Assembly: GCA_016779945.1 (NCBI GenBank)
Contig: JADHMR010000004.1
Coordinates: 1 to 58,332 of the forward strand
Reading direction: 5' to 3'
Source: Bacteroidia bacterium
Lineage (GTDB): Bacteria; Bacteroidota; Bacteroidia; NS11-12g; UBA9320
Length of the DNA stretch: 58,332 nucleotides
A program made the translations under genes and the position numbers. The notes beneath the pieces were generated by a model. The model was given only the letters and a program-made list of their open reading frames with translations. It ran no database searches and was not told where the DNA came from. Below, one piece after another: positions 17,479 through 26,354 of this stretch; positions within the stretch are counted from its first letter, which is position 1; each line of letters begins with the position of its first letter.

Positions 17479-18438
17479 ATGGCCATTGTTGTTACAGGTG
17501 CATCGGGTTTTATTGGAAGTTGTTTAGTAAAATTTCTGAACAATAAAGGATTAACTGATTTAATTTTGGTTGATGATTTTAGCCAAGAACGAAAAATTAA
17601 AAATTTAGAAAATATCAGCTTTACAGCAAAAATTGATCGTGATTTATTTATTCATGACATCCGTAGACATTCTATCGATTTTATATTTCATCTTGGTGCA
17701 AGAACTGATACTACTGAATTTGACTCGTCGATTTTTGATCGGTTAAATCTAAACTATTCTAAAACCCTTTGGAACTTTGCGTGCGAAAAAAAAATACCTT
17801 TTTTGTATGCCTCCTCTGCAGCCACCTATGGCAATGGTGAGTTTGGTTTTGATGATGATAAAGCAATTAATCAGTTATCACCATTGAATCCCTATGGTCA
17901 AAGTAAACAAGATTTTGATTTATGGGTAAATCAACAAAATATAAAACCCCCATTTTGGGTAGGACTTAAATTTTTCAATGTTTTTGGACCTAACGAATAT
18001 CACAAGGGGCGGATGGCTAGTGTTGTTTTGCATGCATTCAATCAAATCCGTAAAAATGGAAGTTTAAATTTGTTTCAGTCTCATAACTCCAATTATAAGG
18101 ATGGCGAACAAATGAGAGATTTTATCTACATAAAAGACTTGCTAAACCTTATGTGGTTTTGGTATGAGAATCAAAAAGATAGCGGAATTTATAATGCTGG
18201 ATCGGGCGAAGCCAGAACATTTAATGACCTTGCCCTTGCAATTTTCACAGCGTTAGGACTTGAACCTAAAATTAGCTACATCCCTACACCTGAGGATATT
18301 AGAGACAAGTATCAATATTTCACCAAAGCTAGCATGAAAAAAACAATGGAGGCTGGATATCAAACTCCTTTTCATAGTTTAGAAAACGCCGTTAACGACT
18401 ATGTAAATCGATATTTAAAAAATGAAATAAACTATTGA
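17479..18438 (+). CDS. hldD: ADP-L-glycero-D-manno-heptose 6-epimerase
   Basis: 319 aa. VTGASGFIGS Rossmann motif, PFLYASSAATYG, FNVFGPNEYHKGRMASVV. Collinear with E. coli RfaD/HldD as I recall it. Confidence 0.85.
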   Translation: MAIVVTGASGFIGSCLVKFLNNKGLTDLILVDDFSQERKIKNLENISFTAKIDRDLFIHDIRRHSIDFIFHLGARTDTTEFDSSIFDRLNLNYSKTLWNFACEKKIPFLYASSAATYGNGEFGFDDDKAINQLSPLNPYGQSKQDFDLWVNQQNIKPPFWVGLKFFNVFGPNEYHKGRMASVVLHAFNQIRKNGSLNLFQSHNSNYKDGEQMRDFIYIKDLLNLMWFWYENQKDSGIYNAGSGEARTFNDLALAIFTALGLEPKISYIPTPEDIRDKYQYFTKASMKKTMEAGYQTPFHSLENAVNDYVNRYLKNEINY

Positions 18439-21400
18439 GTAGAGTTGTTAAAATAGGCTGGTTTATTGGAGGATTATTAATTGTTCTTTTATCCTATTTT
18501 TCGTTACAACACAAGGATGAAACCCCTCCAATACAATCCCTTAGCTTAGAACCATTTGCACAAGAAATAGCACCAGAAGCAGAGCTTATATTCAATCAAA
18601 TAAGTTCTGCGAATTCTAAAACTTACACAGACTCCATAGGTCAGCTAATACGTGATGAAAAATGGTATTATCTTTCTTATAAAAATAAGCGTTTAAACCA
18701 CTGGAATAGTAATAAAATTTACATTGACCCAACCGTTTTAAACAATCGTTCATTTCCCATTCGATATACTTTTGGCGATGATATTTATGTTGTCTTTAAA
18801 TCTGAATCATCATTTCTTGGCTATCGAATAGTTAACGGAAATAAAGTCAATTCTCGATTGGTAAAATTTGATAAAGCCTTTCAAAACAAACTGATTTTAG
18901 CCGATAATATCCCAATAATGGATAATAAAATCAGTTTAAAAACTCAACATAGAGACGCCTATAAAGGTACTTTTTTAGTCATTTCTTTATTCACCTCATT
19001 TTTATTTCTCATTTTATTCTTGTTCCATGCTAAAAGAGAACAAAATTTAATGCATTTAGCTACCTTAATTGTAGTTGGTATAAATCTTTTGGTCTTCTAT
19101 AACTTGAAAATTTCATACCATGACTATTTTTTCTTATCTAATCAGAATTTTAATACTCTTTCTAACGAACATCTTCTAACGATCTTGTTCATCCACTTGA
19201 TATCGATTATTCTGATTAGTGTGAGCCTAATTTATATTTTCAGAAAATATAAGCGACCATTAACAGGTTCCATTATAATAGGTGTACTTGTCTTTAGTCT
19301 CGATTTTTTTATTCATCTAAGTATCAATATTATCACGCACATCAATATTCTGCTGGATTTTGAACGTTTAATCGAGTTTGACATCTCCTCCTATCTTCTT
19401 CTATCCTATATCTGTTTGAGTTTTATTTTATTTTGGGTTACCTGTTATTTCAGTAAATCAAAATTAAAACTACGTAACATTAACCATTGGATAAGCTATC
19501 TAATTGGTGTTTCAATATTTATTGGGTTTCAGTATGTCAATGCAGACCGTATTCCAATTAATTTGATTAGTATCTCATTACTATTGGGGTTATGCCTGCT
19601 CATAAATAGCTATGTCCAATCAATTAAGAAATTAGTTTATGTGTATTCATTTCTAACAGCAGCGATTATATCCGGCGTCATTTATTATTCTCAAACGGCA
19701 CGAACTGAAAACTATTTGCTTGAATATGCTGCCAAAATAATGGATAATAAAGATGAGCAAACTATTAACAGATTAGCTCGAATAGAAAATCAATTAGCAC
19801 TCGAATTTTTAACCCCTGAAAATTATGAAGACTTTAACAATCGCAAGGACGTCATTGAAGGAAGAATTAAACAGCTATATTTTAGTAACTACCTCGAAAA
19901 ATACGAACTAAAACTATTTAGTTTTGGAGCCGATGGCATTAATATTAATCAAAATAATCTCTATACAATTAATTACTTAGATAATCTATATAATAGTCAA
20001 ACAAAACGGACAACCAGTGCATATTTTTACGAGTTAGATCAATCATCAACTAATAACGGATACATCGCTAAATTCGAAAATTGTGACATAAAAGGTCATT
20101 TTGGTACTACTTTTATATTGCTTGAACCTCGCATAATTCAATCCGACTTTCTTTACCCCGAGTCTTTTGCCAATCAAAAGGATAAAGAAATAATCTCTTT
20201 AGATAATTATTCCTATGGGATATACGTATCAGAAAAATTAATTAGCCAATTGGGTGAGTTCCCCTATCAGCTTCAAACTATACCCGTAAACAATAATGCT
20301 AATCTTTTTTTTGGTGGAATAAAACATACCCGATACTCAAATAATAACTATGACGTAATCTTGAGCGTGTATGCTAACCCATTTAGACAAATATTAACCA
20401 TATTCACTTTTATACTTATTATAATCATCTTTATTGGTATGATTGGGTCATTGGTGCTGAAAGTTTTCTCGATTACCAATCAGCAAGTTACAATGATCTT
20501 TCTTCCCGACTTATCGCACCATTTAAGTTCAAGAATTCAAGTTGCAATTACAGGAATTTTAATTTTTGGTTTGCTATTATCGGTTTACACTATTGTTCAA
20601 TTTGAAAAATCAAATTACAATGCAATGTTAGAAGAGCAACTGTTGAATAAAGTAAAAAATATTAGCTCTCGACTTCAAAATCGAGTCAATCTATCCAAGA
20701 AATTAAGTAACGAAGAAGAAAGGCTACTCATACTTAACGAAGAAAGTAATACGCATCAAGTTGATATCAATTTATTCGACAAAAACGGAAAACTCTTAGG
20801 TAGTTCAAAACCATACATCATAGATAATGAAATACTAGGAAGTCAAATGAATCCTCTTGCATATAGTAAGCTTAGTTTGGATAAAACTTCTCAATTACTC
20901 ATTCAAGAAGAATTAGAAGGCTCAGACTATCTTAGTGCATATGTTCCTTTATTTGATGGGAAAAATGAAGTAATCGGTTATGTAAATACACCACTATTTT
21001 CGAAAAATGAACTACTAAATAAACAACTTTCCGATCTCATTATTAACATTATCAATGTATATTTTCTACTCCTTATTGTCAGTGGATTTATTGCTTATTT
21101 TATTAGTAAAGAAATCTCAAAACCATTAGAATCTATACGAGAAAAAATTGCAAAAACAGTCCTAAGGGGGTCTAATGAATTGATAAATTATAATCGAGAC
21201 GATGAGATTGGTCAACTAGTCAAACAATACAATAAAATGGCAACAGAACTCCAAGAAAGTGCTCAGCAAATTGCTAGTTCAGAACGTGAAGGTGCCTGGA
21301 AAGAAATGGCCAAGCAGGTAGCTCACGAGATTAAAAATCCATTGACACCAATGAAACTTAGTATCCAACATTTGCAACGATCAATAAAAAACGATACTCC

Positions 21401-21962
21401 CGAAAAACAGCGTAGGCTTACACAAAAGACTTCAACTTTATTGCTTAAACAAATTGAAAGTTTAAGTATCATGGCTGAACAATTCAGTTCATTTGCTCAA
21501 ATGCCCCAAGATCAATTTGAGGTTCTAAACCTTTCAGACATTACTCAAGAAATTGTATCCCTATTTAACCAAGACAAAAATATTCAAGTCGAATCTGAAA
21601 TTCAAGAGAACGTATTTTTATGGGCTGACAGGGAACAGATTAAACGTGTACTCATAAATATTGTCAAAAATGCTACTCAGGCTATTCCCGAGGATTTAAC
21701 TGGCAAAATAAAGATATCATTAAAAGCAAAAACTGAAATTCAAATTGAAATATCCGATAATGGAATAGGTATAGCTCCAGATAATTACCAAAATATATTT
21801 ACTCCAAATTTCAGTACTAAAAATTCAGGAATGGGGTTAGGGTTAGCTTTATCCAAAAAAATTATCGAAATTTCTGGTGGCCAAATTGAATTTAAAAGCA
21901 CTGTCAATTTGGGGACCACATTTTATATTTCACTTCCAGTGTATGAACATGAAAAATACTAG
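18435..21962 (+). CDS. Large multi-pass sensor histidine kinase (NtrY-type H-box), no adjacent response regulator
   Basis: 1175 aa. About 880 aa of N-terminal sensor region with many TM helices, then a HAMP-like linker, the H-box AHEIKNPLTPMKLSIQHL, and the N/G boxes NIVKNATQAI, DNGIGI, GMGLGLA. TTG start overlaps the hldD stop by 4 nt. Confidence 0.85.
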   Translation: MSRVVKIGWFIGGLLIVLLSYFSLQHKDETPPIQSLSLEPFAQEIAPEAELIFNQISSANSKTYTDSIGQLIRDEKWYYLSYKNKRLNHWNSNKIYIDPTVLNNRSFPIRYTFGDDIYVVFKSESSFLGYRIVNGNKVNSRLVKFDKAFQNKLILADNIPIMDNKISLKTQHRDAYKGTFLVISLFTSFLFLILFLFHAKREQNLMHLATLIVVGINLLVFYNLKISYHDYFFLSNQNFNTLSNEHLLTILFIHLISIILISVSLIYIFRKYKRPLTGSIIIGVLVFSLDFFIHLSINIITHINILLDFERLIEFDISSYLLLSYICLSFILFWVTCYFSKSKLKLRNINHWISYLIGVSIFIGFQYVNADRIPINLISISLLLGLCLLINSYVQSIKKLVYVYSFLTAAIISGVIYYSQTARTENYLLEYAAKIMDNKDEQTINRLARIENQLALEFLTPENYEDFNNRKDVIEGRIKQLYFSNYLEKYELKLFSFGADGININQNNLYTINYLDNLYNSQTKRTTSAYFYELDQSSTNNGYIAKFENCDIKGHFGTTFILLEPRIIQSDFLYPESFANQKDKEIISLDNYSYGIYVSEKLISQLGEFPYQLQTIPVNNNANLFFGGIKHTRYSNNNYDVILSVYANPFRQILTIFTFILIIIIFIGMIGSLVLKVFSITNQQVTMIFLPDLSHHLSSRIQVAITGILIFGLLLSVYTIVQFEKSNYNAMLEEQLLNKVKNISSRLQNRVNLSKKLSNEEERLLILNEESNTHQVDINLFDKNGKLLGSSKPYIIDNEILGSQMNPLAYSKLSLDKTSQLLIQEELEGSDYLSAYVPLFDGKNEVIGYVNTPLFSKNELLNKQLSDLIINIINVYFLLLIVSGFIAYFISKEISKPLESIREKIAKTVLRGSNELINYNRDDEIGQLVKQYNKMATELQESAQQIASSEREGAWKEMAKQVAHEIKNPLTPMKLSIQHLQRSIKNDTPEKQRRLTQKTSTLLLKQIESLSIMAEQFSSFAQMPQDQFEVLNLSDITQEIVSLFNQDKNIQVESEIQENVFLWADREQIKRVLINIVKNATQAIPEDLTGKIKISLKAKTEIQIEISDNGIGIAPDNYQNIFTPNFSTKNSGMGLGLALSKKIIEISGGQIEFKSTVNLGTTFYISLPVYEHEKY

Positions 21963-22476
21963 TTTAATCTTAATAAGTCTGTTTATACTGGTATCTTGTC
22001 AAGAGAATAAAATTCCTTCTAATTTTAAAAAATTACTATCCCAGCATAAATATACCCTAGTTATGTTTCTAGCTCCAGACTGCCCGTTATGTCATACCCT
22101 GTCAACACCCTTTTCAAAGTTGAATGAAAAATACCCAAATATGCAAGGTATTGGTATAATTAGTGGCAACTATTACTCGGCTATGGAAATTAACCATTTT
22201 GCAACTGAAACAGCGTTTAAGCCTGCTATTTTTAGAGATAATTCATATCAGATTGCTCGTCAATTGAATGCTACGGTAACTCCCGAATTTTATATATTAG
22301 ATTCTACAGGTAACATATTATACCAAGGTATGATGGATGACCGAATAGAGCGATTGGGAAGCTACAAACAACAATGGAAAAACAATTACTTGGAGGATGC
22401 TATTCTATCCGTCAGAAATAATTTGAAACCAAAAATTGAGAGAACAACGCCAATTGGTTGTAGCTTAGAATATTAG
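21949..22476 (+). CDS. Thioredoxin-fold lipoprotein (TlpA/redoxin-like, CPLC motif)
   Basis: Lipoprotein signal MKNTSLILISLFILVSC and active-site-like APDCPLCH. The start (ATG 21943 or 21949) lies inside the 3' end of the kinase gene, giving a 14-20 nt overlap. Confidence 0.7.
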   Translation: MKNTSLILISLFILVSCQENKIPSNFKKLLSQHKYTLVMFLAPDCPLCHTLSTPFSKLNEKYPNMQGIGIISGNYYSAMEINHFATETAFKPAIFRDNSYQIARQLNATVTPEFYILDSTGNILYQGMMDDRIERLGSYKQQWKNNYLEDAILSVRNNLKPKIERTTPIGCSLEY

Positions 22477-23411
22477 ATAGAGGGTTGATAAGAATCAATA
22501 TATCTCGACTTTTTTTCAGCATATATATCCTCTATTTTAATCAAAATCATGGTTTCTTCAACATCACCAAAATACTGATTGTGAACCGTACCGAATGAAC
22601 GCATAGTCGGTGACAAACTCATGTAATTATTAATTAATGGAGGTATATTTTCACCGCGGTCTCTGACAAAATTATTTAATAATTTGTGCCCCTGTTTAAA
22701 ATCTAGTCCAACTAAATTTTCTTTAAATTCTTCGATATCAGAAGAAATACTGACTGCTTCAACGGGTGATATAAGCCCGTCTGGATCATTAAAAAAGTAA
22801 TTCAGAAAATACATTAGAGCATCTCTAGCTTCTTTATTGTAGCTTGAGTATAGTGTTACTTTACCACTGTAGTATTTTATGTGCGGATTATCAACAACAA
22901 TTGATCCAAGACCGTCCCAAAGGTTATCCAAAGCAAATATTCCTCGACGAGAAATATTTGATGGCTGAAAGTTAGGCTGAACCCAACTTCTTCCAAGTTC
23001 AACAGTATACGGCAAATAGTTTTTTTTGAATTGATCTGAATAGTTAAAATAACGTTGAGTTGCTAGCTCTAACGGTTCAGTATCTATGATTTTAGAACAA
23101 TCTATAAATCGATATCCTCCAATAATTTCCTTTGACTCTGGAGCCCACACAATAAGTTGATTGTAGCAATTTTCACTCGTATCATATTGGTCAATATCAA
23201 TTGACTGTCCAGTTCCACCGCCAGCACTTGCAAATGTCAACTCACGCAACCTTCCAATTTCATGCATCACATTTGGACTATTATGATGGTTAATAATGTA
23301 AATCTCATTACTCCCTTTATTTGTAGTGCGAATGAAACGGTCTTTTGTAAGTTCCTTTTGAATTAAATCCAACGGTACTGGAGGTGATATGTAATCCAAA
23401 TTGGGGCTCAT
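22473..23411 (-). CDS. GNAT-fold N-acyltransferase of the OlsB/GlsB (hemolysin-like) family: N-acyl amino acid lipid synthase
   Basis: 312 aa. Size and N-terminal pattern (EIGRLRELTFASAGGGTG) match OlsB/GlsB-like proteins. ATGA overlap with the upstream acyltransferase gene. Confidence 0.6.
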   Translation of the reverse strand: MSPNLDYISPPVPLDLIQKELTKDRFIRTTNKGSNEIYIINHHNSPNVMHEIGRLRELTFASAGGGTGQSIDIDQYDTSENCYNQLIVWAPESKEIIGGYRFIDCSKIIDTEPLELATQRYFNYSDQFKKNYLPYTVELGRSWVQPNFQPSNISRRGIFALDNLWDGLGSIVVDNPHIKYYSGKVTLYSSYNKEARDALMYFLNYFFNDPDGLISPVEAVSISSDIEEFKENLVGLDFKQGHKLLNNFVRDRGENIPPLINNYMSLSPTMRSFGTVHNQYFGDVEETMILIKIEDIYAEKKSRYIDSYQPSI

Positions 23412-24229
23412 GCTTTGTCTTTTAAATTAAATGCAACATCTTTTATAAATGCTGCCCATTCAATATCTTTTCGAATGGTTGTATCAAGTATCTCAGGCTG
23501 AATAGCTTCTCCAAATATAATTTTAATTGATGTATTTCTTTGTTTAAATAATTCATTTACTAAAAAGAGCATCTCAATATTTGTCTTTATACCCAAAAAC
23601 TCTCTTAGTCTACTTAACCGGTAAAAAAAAGGCGAAAGTTCTCCCTGAATATGGACGGGCACAATAGGCACCTTATATTTTCTAGCCCTTGTTACGAATG
23701 TCTTTTTCCATTCTAAATCTTTTACTACACCTTTTTTCTTCCTACTTACAAATCCAGAAGGAAAGATCACCACTGCTTCATTATTTGAGAATACATTATC
23801 AATATTTTTTAAAGACTGTGAAGCCGTACTTCCGTGTTTATTTACACCTACAACAATGTCTCTCATAGGTTGTAAGTTTAATAAAATATCGTTCACAATG
23901 AATTTAATATCAGATCTGTATTTAGAAAACTGATCCACAAATCCTAGTGCATCGAAACCACCTAAAGGGTGATTGGATGCGAAGATTACACCCCCAGTTT
24001 TTGGTGCATTTTCAATACCAATAATTTTAACATCAATATTAAATTCTTGAATTGCATTTTTACAAAACTGAATACCAGACACTCCTTGGTTATCTGCAAT
24101 AATTCGGTTTACATCGTCCTCCCATAAAATTTTTTTTAGATAATTGATGATAAACCGAGGGAGTCTTTTTAATAACCTTGGATTCTTATCAAGGATGATT
24201 TTTTCTACATCTATAAATTTACCAACCAT
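23408..24229 (-). CDS. Lysophospholipid/1-acylglycerol-3-phosphate-type O-acyltransferase (OlsA/GlsA-like)
   Basis: 273 aa. HX4D motif NHPLGGFD and FPSGFVSR motif. Confidence 0.75.
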   Translation of the reverse strand: MVGKFIDVEKIILDKNPRLLKRLPRFIINYLKKILWEDDVNRIIADNQGVSGIQFCKNAIQEFNIDVKIIGIENAPKTGGVIFASNHPLGGFDALGFVDQFSKYRSDIKFIVNDILLNLQPMRDIVVGVNKHGSTASQSLKNIDNVFSNNEAVVIFPSGFVSRKKKGVVKDLEWKKTFVTRARKYKVPIVPVHIQGELSPFFYRLSRLREFLGIKTNIEMLFLVNELFKQRNTSIKIIFGEAIQPEILDTTIRKDIEWAAFIKDVAFNLKDKA

Positions 24230-24312
24230 TCAATCACGAAAATAAGACTTAACTTTACTTTTAGTCCAAAAGATTTAGCACAGATAAATTGTAATCTAAA
24301 ACTGCGTAGGTT

Positions 24313-24320
24313 TAACTTTG
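24313..24320 (+). promoter_or_regulatory. -7 box TAACTTTG abutting the start of the haem-c/Cu-monooxygenase gene
   Basis: Exact TAnnTTTG. GTG codons at 24320 (overlapping the box) and at 24326 (5 nt downstream). Confidence 0.4.
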
Positions 24321-25678
24321 TGCAAGTGAAAAAGGTATTTTTTTTGATATTCATTTGTATGCTTCTCTTCGCATGCATTCATAAAAATACCTATACCTAC
24401 ACAAAAGATATTGCACCAATTTTACTGGAAAATTGCACCCCATGTCACCAACCTGATGGAGCAGCACCGTTCTCATTGATTAATTTCAACCAAGTTAATC
24501 GTAAGAAAAATACAATACTAGAAGTTACTCAAAGTGGACTAATGCCACCATGGCCTGCGGATCGAAATTACACGCATTTTATTGGTGAAAAATATTTATC
24601 AGAAAAAAATAAACGCATTATCAAGGAGTGGATTAAAATTGGAGCTCCAGAGGGAAATCCATCTGATCTTCCAAAAAACACTTATCTACCCATCAAAAGT
24701 TTTATTGGAGAACCCGATACAACACTATGGTTTGACAGCATATATATCGAGGGAAATAGTCAAGATCATTTTTATATAGCCACTTTACCTATTGAGCTTC
24801 CTGAAAAAAAATATGTAAGAGCCATGGAGTTTTTACCAGGTAAAAACAATCTCGTTCACCATATGAATGGTAGGCTCCTGAACTACGAAAATGATCAGAA
24901 AGTCTCAGTTAGTGAAGGGGAAAGACTGCTTGATTTAGAAATAAATGAACAAGAATATATCAATCAATTCAATCAATTAAAATTAGCAAATGATGACGGA
25001 AGTCGTCCGCAACAAATCAATTCAGCAGTTAATTATCTGCCAGGTTCAACTGGCCAAATTTATCCTGAAGGGATTGGTGGATTTACCATAAATTCTAAAT
25101 CTATATTATTAGCTGATGATATCCATTTTGGCCCCATTCCTAAAGGTAAATGGTCACACAATAAGGTACATGTTTTTTTTAGTGACTCCGCTCCCAAAAG
25201 ACCTATCAATGAAGTGATGATGGGCACCAACGGAGTAAGTAAAATAATTCCACCACTGGTAATTCCACCCCATCAGATTACCTCTCACACATCATTTTTA
25301 GAAATACCCGAAGATATCAGTGTTTTAACCGTAAATCCACATATGCATTTGCTCGGTAAAAGTTTCAAATCATTTGCAATAGACCCTAGCGGTGATACCA
25401 TTCGTTTGATAAGCATTCCAAAATGGGACTTTAGGTGGCAATACTTCTACACGTTTCCGACTATGGTGAAAATCCCAAAAGGAAGTGTAATTTATCTTGA
25501 GGCATCATTTGACAATACCATAGATAACCCCAACAACCCTCACAACCCGCCACAAGAAATTAGCGAACGATTTGAGTTTGGTGGAGCAGGCATGAGAACT
25601 ACAGACGAAATGCTACAATTTATCATCACATGGCTCCCCTACCAAAAAGGTGACGAGAACATCCGTCTAGACCTCTAA
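24320..25678 (+). CDS. Lipoprotein fusing a c-type haem-binding domain (CxxCH) to a PHM/DBH-like copper type II monooxygenase domain
   Basis: Lipobox MLLFAC. CTPCH within DIAPILLENCTPCHQPDGAAPFSL...MPPWPAD. Copper-ligand-like pattern VHHMNG, DDIHFGP, NPHMHLLGKS, TTDEMLQF. The start may be GTG 24320 or GTG 24326. Confidence 0.7.
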   Translation: MQVKKVFFLIFICMLLFACIHKNTYTYTKDIAPILLENCTPCHQPDGAAPFSLINFNQVNRKKNTILEVTQSGLMPPWPADRNYTHFIGEKYLSEKNKRIIKEWIKIGAPEGNPSDLPKNTYLPIKSFIGEPDTTLWFDSIYIEGNSQDHFYIATLPIELPEKKYVRAMEFLPGKNNLVHHMNGRLLNYENDQKVSVSEGERLLDLEINEQEYINQFNQLKLANDDGSRPQQINSAVNYLPGSTGQIYPEGIGGFTINSKSILLADDIHFGPIPKGKWSHNKVHVFFSDSAPKRPINEVMMGTNGVSKIIPPLVIPPHQITSHTSFLEIPEDISVLTVNPHMHLLGKSFKSFAIDPSGDTIRLISIPKWDFRWQYFYTFPTMVKIPKGSVIYLEASFDNTIDNPNNPHNPPQEISERFEFGGAGMRTTDEMLQFIITWLPYQKGDENIRLDL

Positions 25679-25712
25679 ACAAAACCCGCTTTTCAGATGT
25701 TTTTTTAGTATA

Positions 25713-26354
25713 ATGTATTTAAGCAAAAAAGATATCCAGTCTATGCAAAAAGTTGAACGACTCAACTTGATAAATTCTCTCTCTGGTATCAAACCTGCTA
25801 ATCTAATTGGGACTAAAGATAAAAACGGGAACGAGAATTTAGCAATTTTTAGCTCGGTTATTCATCTTGGTAGCAATCCTGCTCTTTTTGGATTTATTTT
25901 AAGGCCTCAGGGGGATGTTCGTCGTCACACGCATGAAAATATAATATCTACAGAAATGTATACGATCAATTTTGTAACAACAGATTTTATGAAAAATGCT
26001 CATTACACTTCAGCCAAATTTGATGCAAAAACTAACGAGTTCGAGAAAAGTAAACTTACTCCTTCATATATAAAAGAATTTGATGCTCCATTTGTGAAAG
26101 AAAGCCCAATAAAAATGGGGCTTCGTTTCGTTGAGGAGATACCTATCAAATCTAATGGGACTACACTTATGGTTGGTCAAGTTGAACATATTATAATGCC
26201 CGATGAAAGCATGCATGATAATGGTCATCTAGACCTTGGATTTTTTAACGTAGCTGGAATTTCTGGCCTAAACACCTACTATAGCTTAACAAAAAAAGAT
26301 CGATTCCCTTACGTTCGTAAAAACTTTAAACTTGAGGATTTAAAAATAGATTAA
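25713..26354 (+). CDS. Flavin reductase-like (FMN-binding split-barrel) protein
   Basis: 213 aa. IKPANLIGTKDKNGNENLAIFSSVIHLGSNPALFGF is typical of the flavin reductase-like domain. No signal peptide. Confidence 0.65.
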   Translation: MYLSKKDIQSMQKVERLNLINSLSGIKPANLIGTKDKNGNENLAIFSSVIHLGSNPALFGFILRPQGDVRRHTHENIISTEMYTINFVTTDFMKNAHYTSAKFDAKTNEFEKSKLTPSYIKEFDAPFVKESPIKMGLRFVEEIPIKSNGTTLMVGQVEHIIMPDESMHDNGHLDLGFFNVAGISGLNTYYSLTKKDRFPYVRKNFKLEDLKID

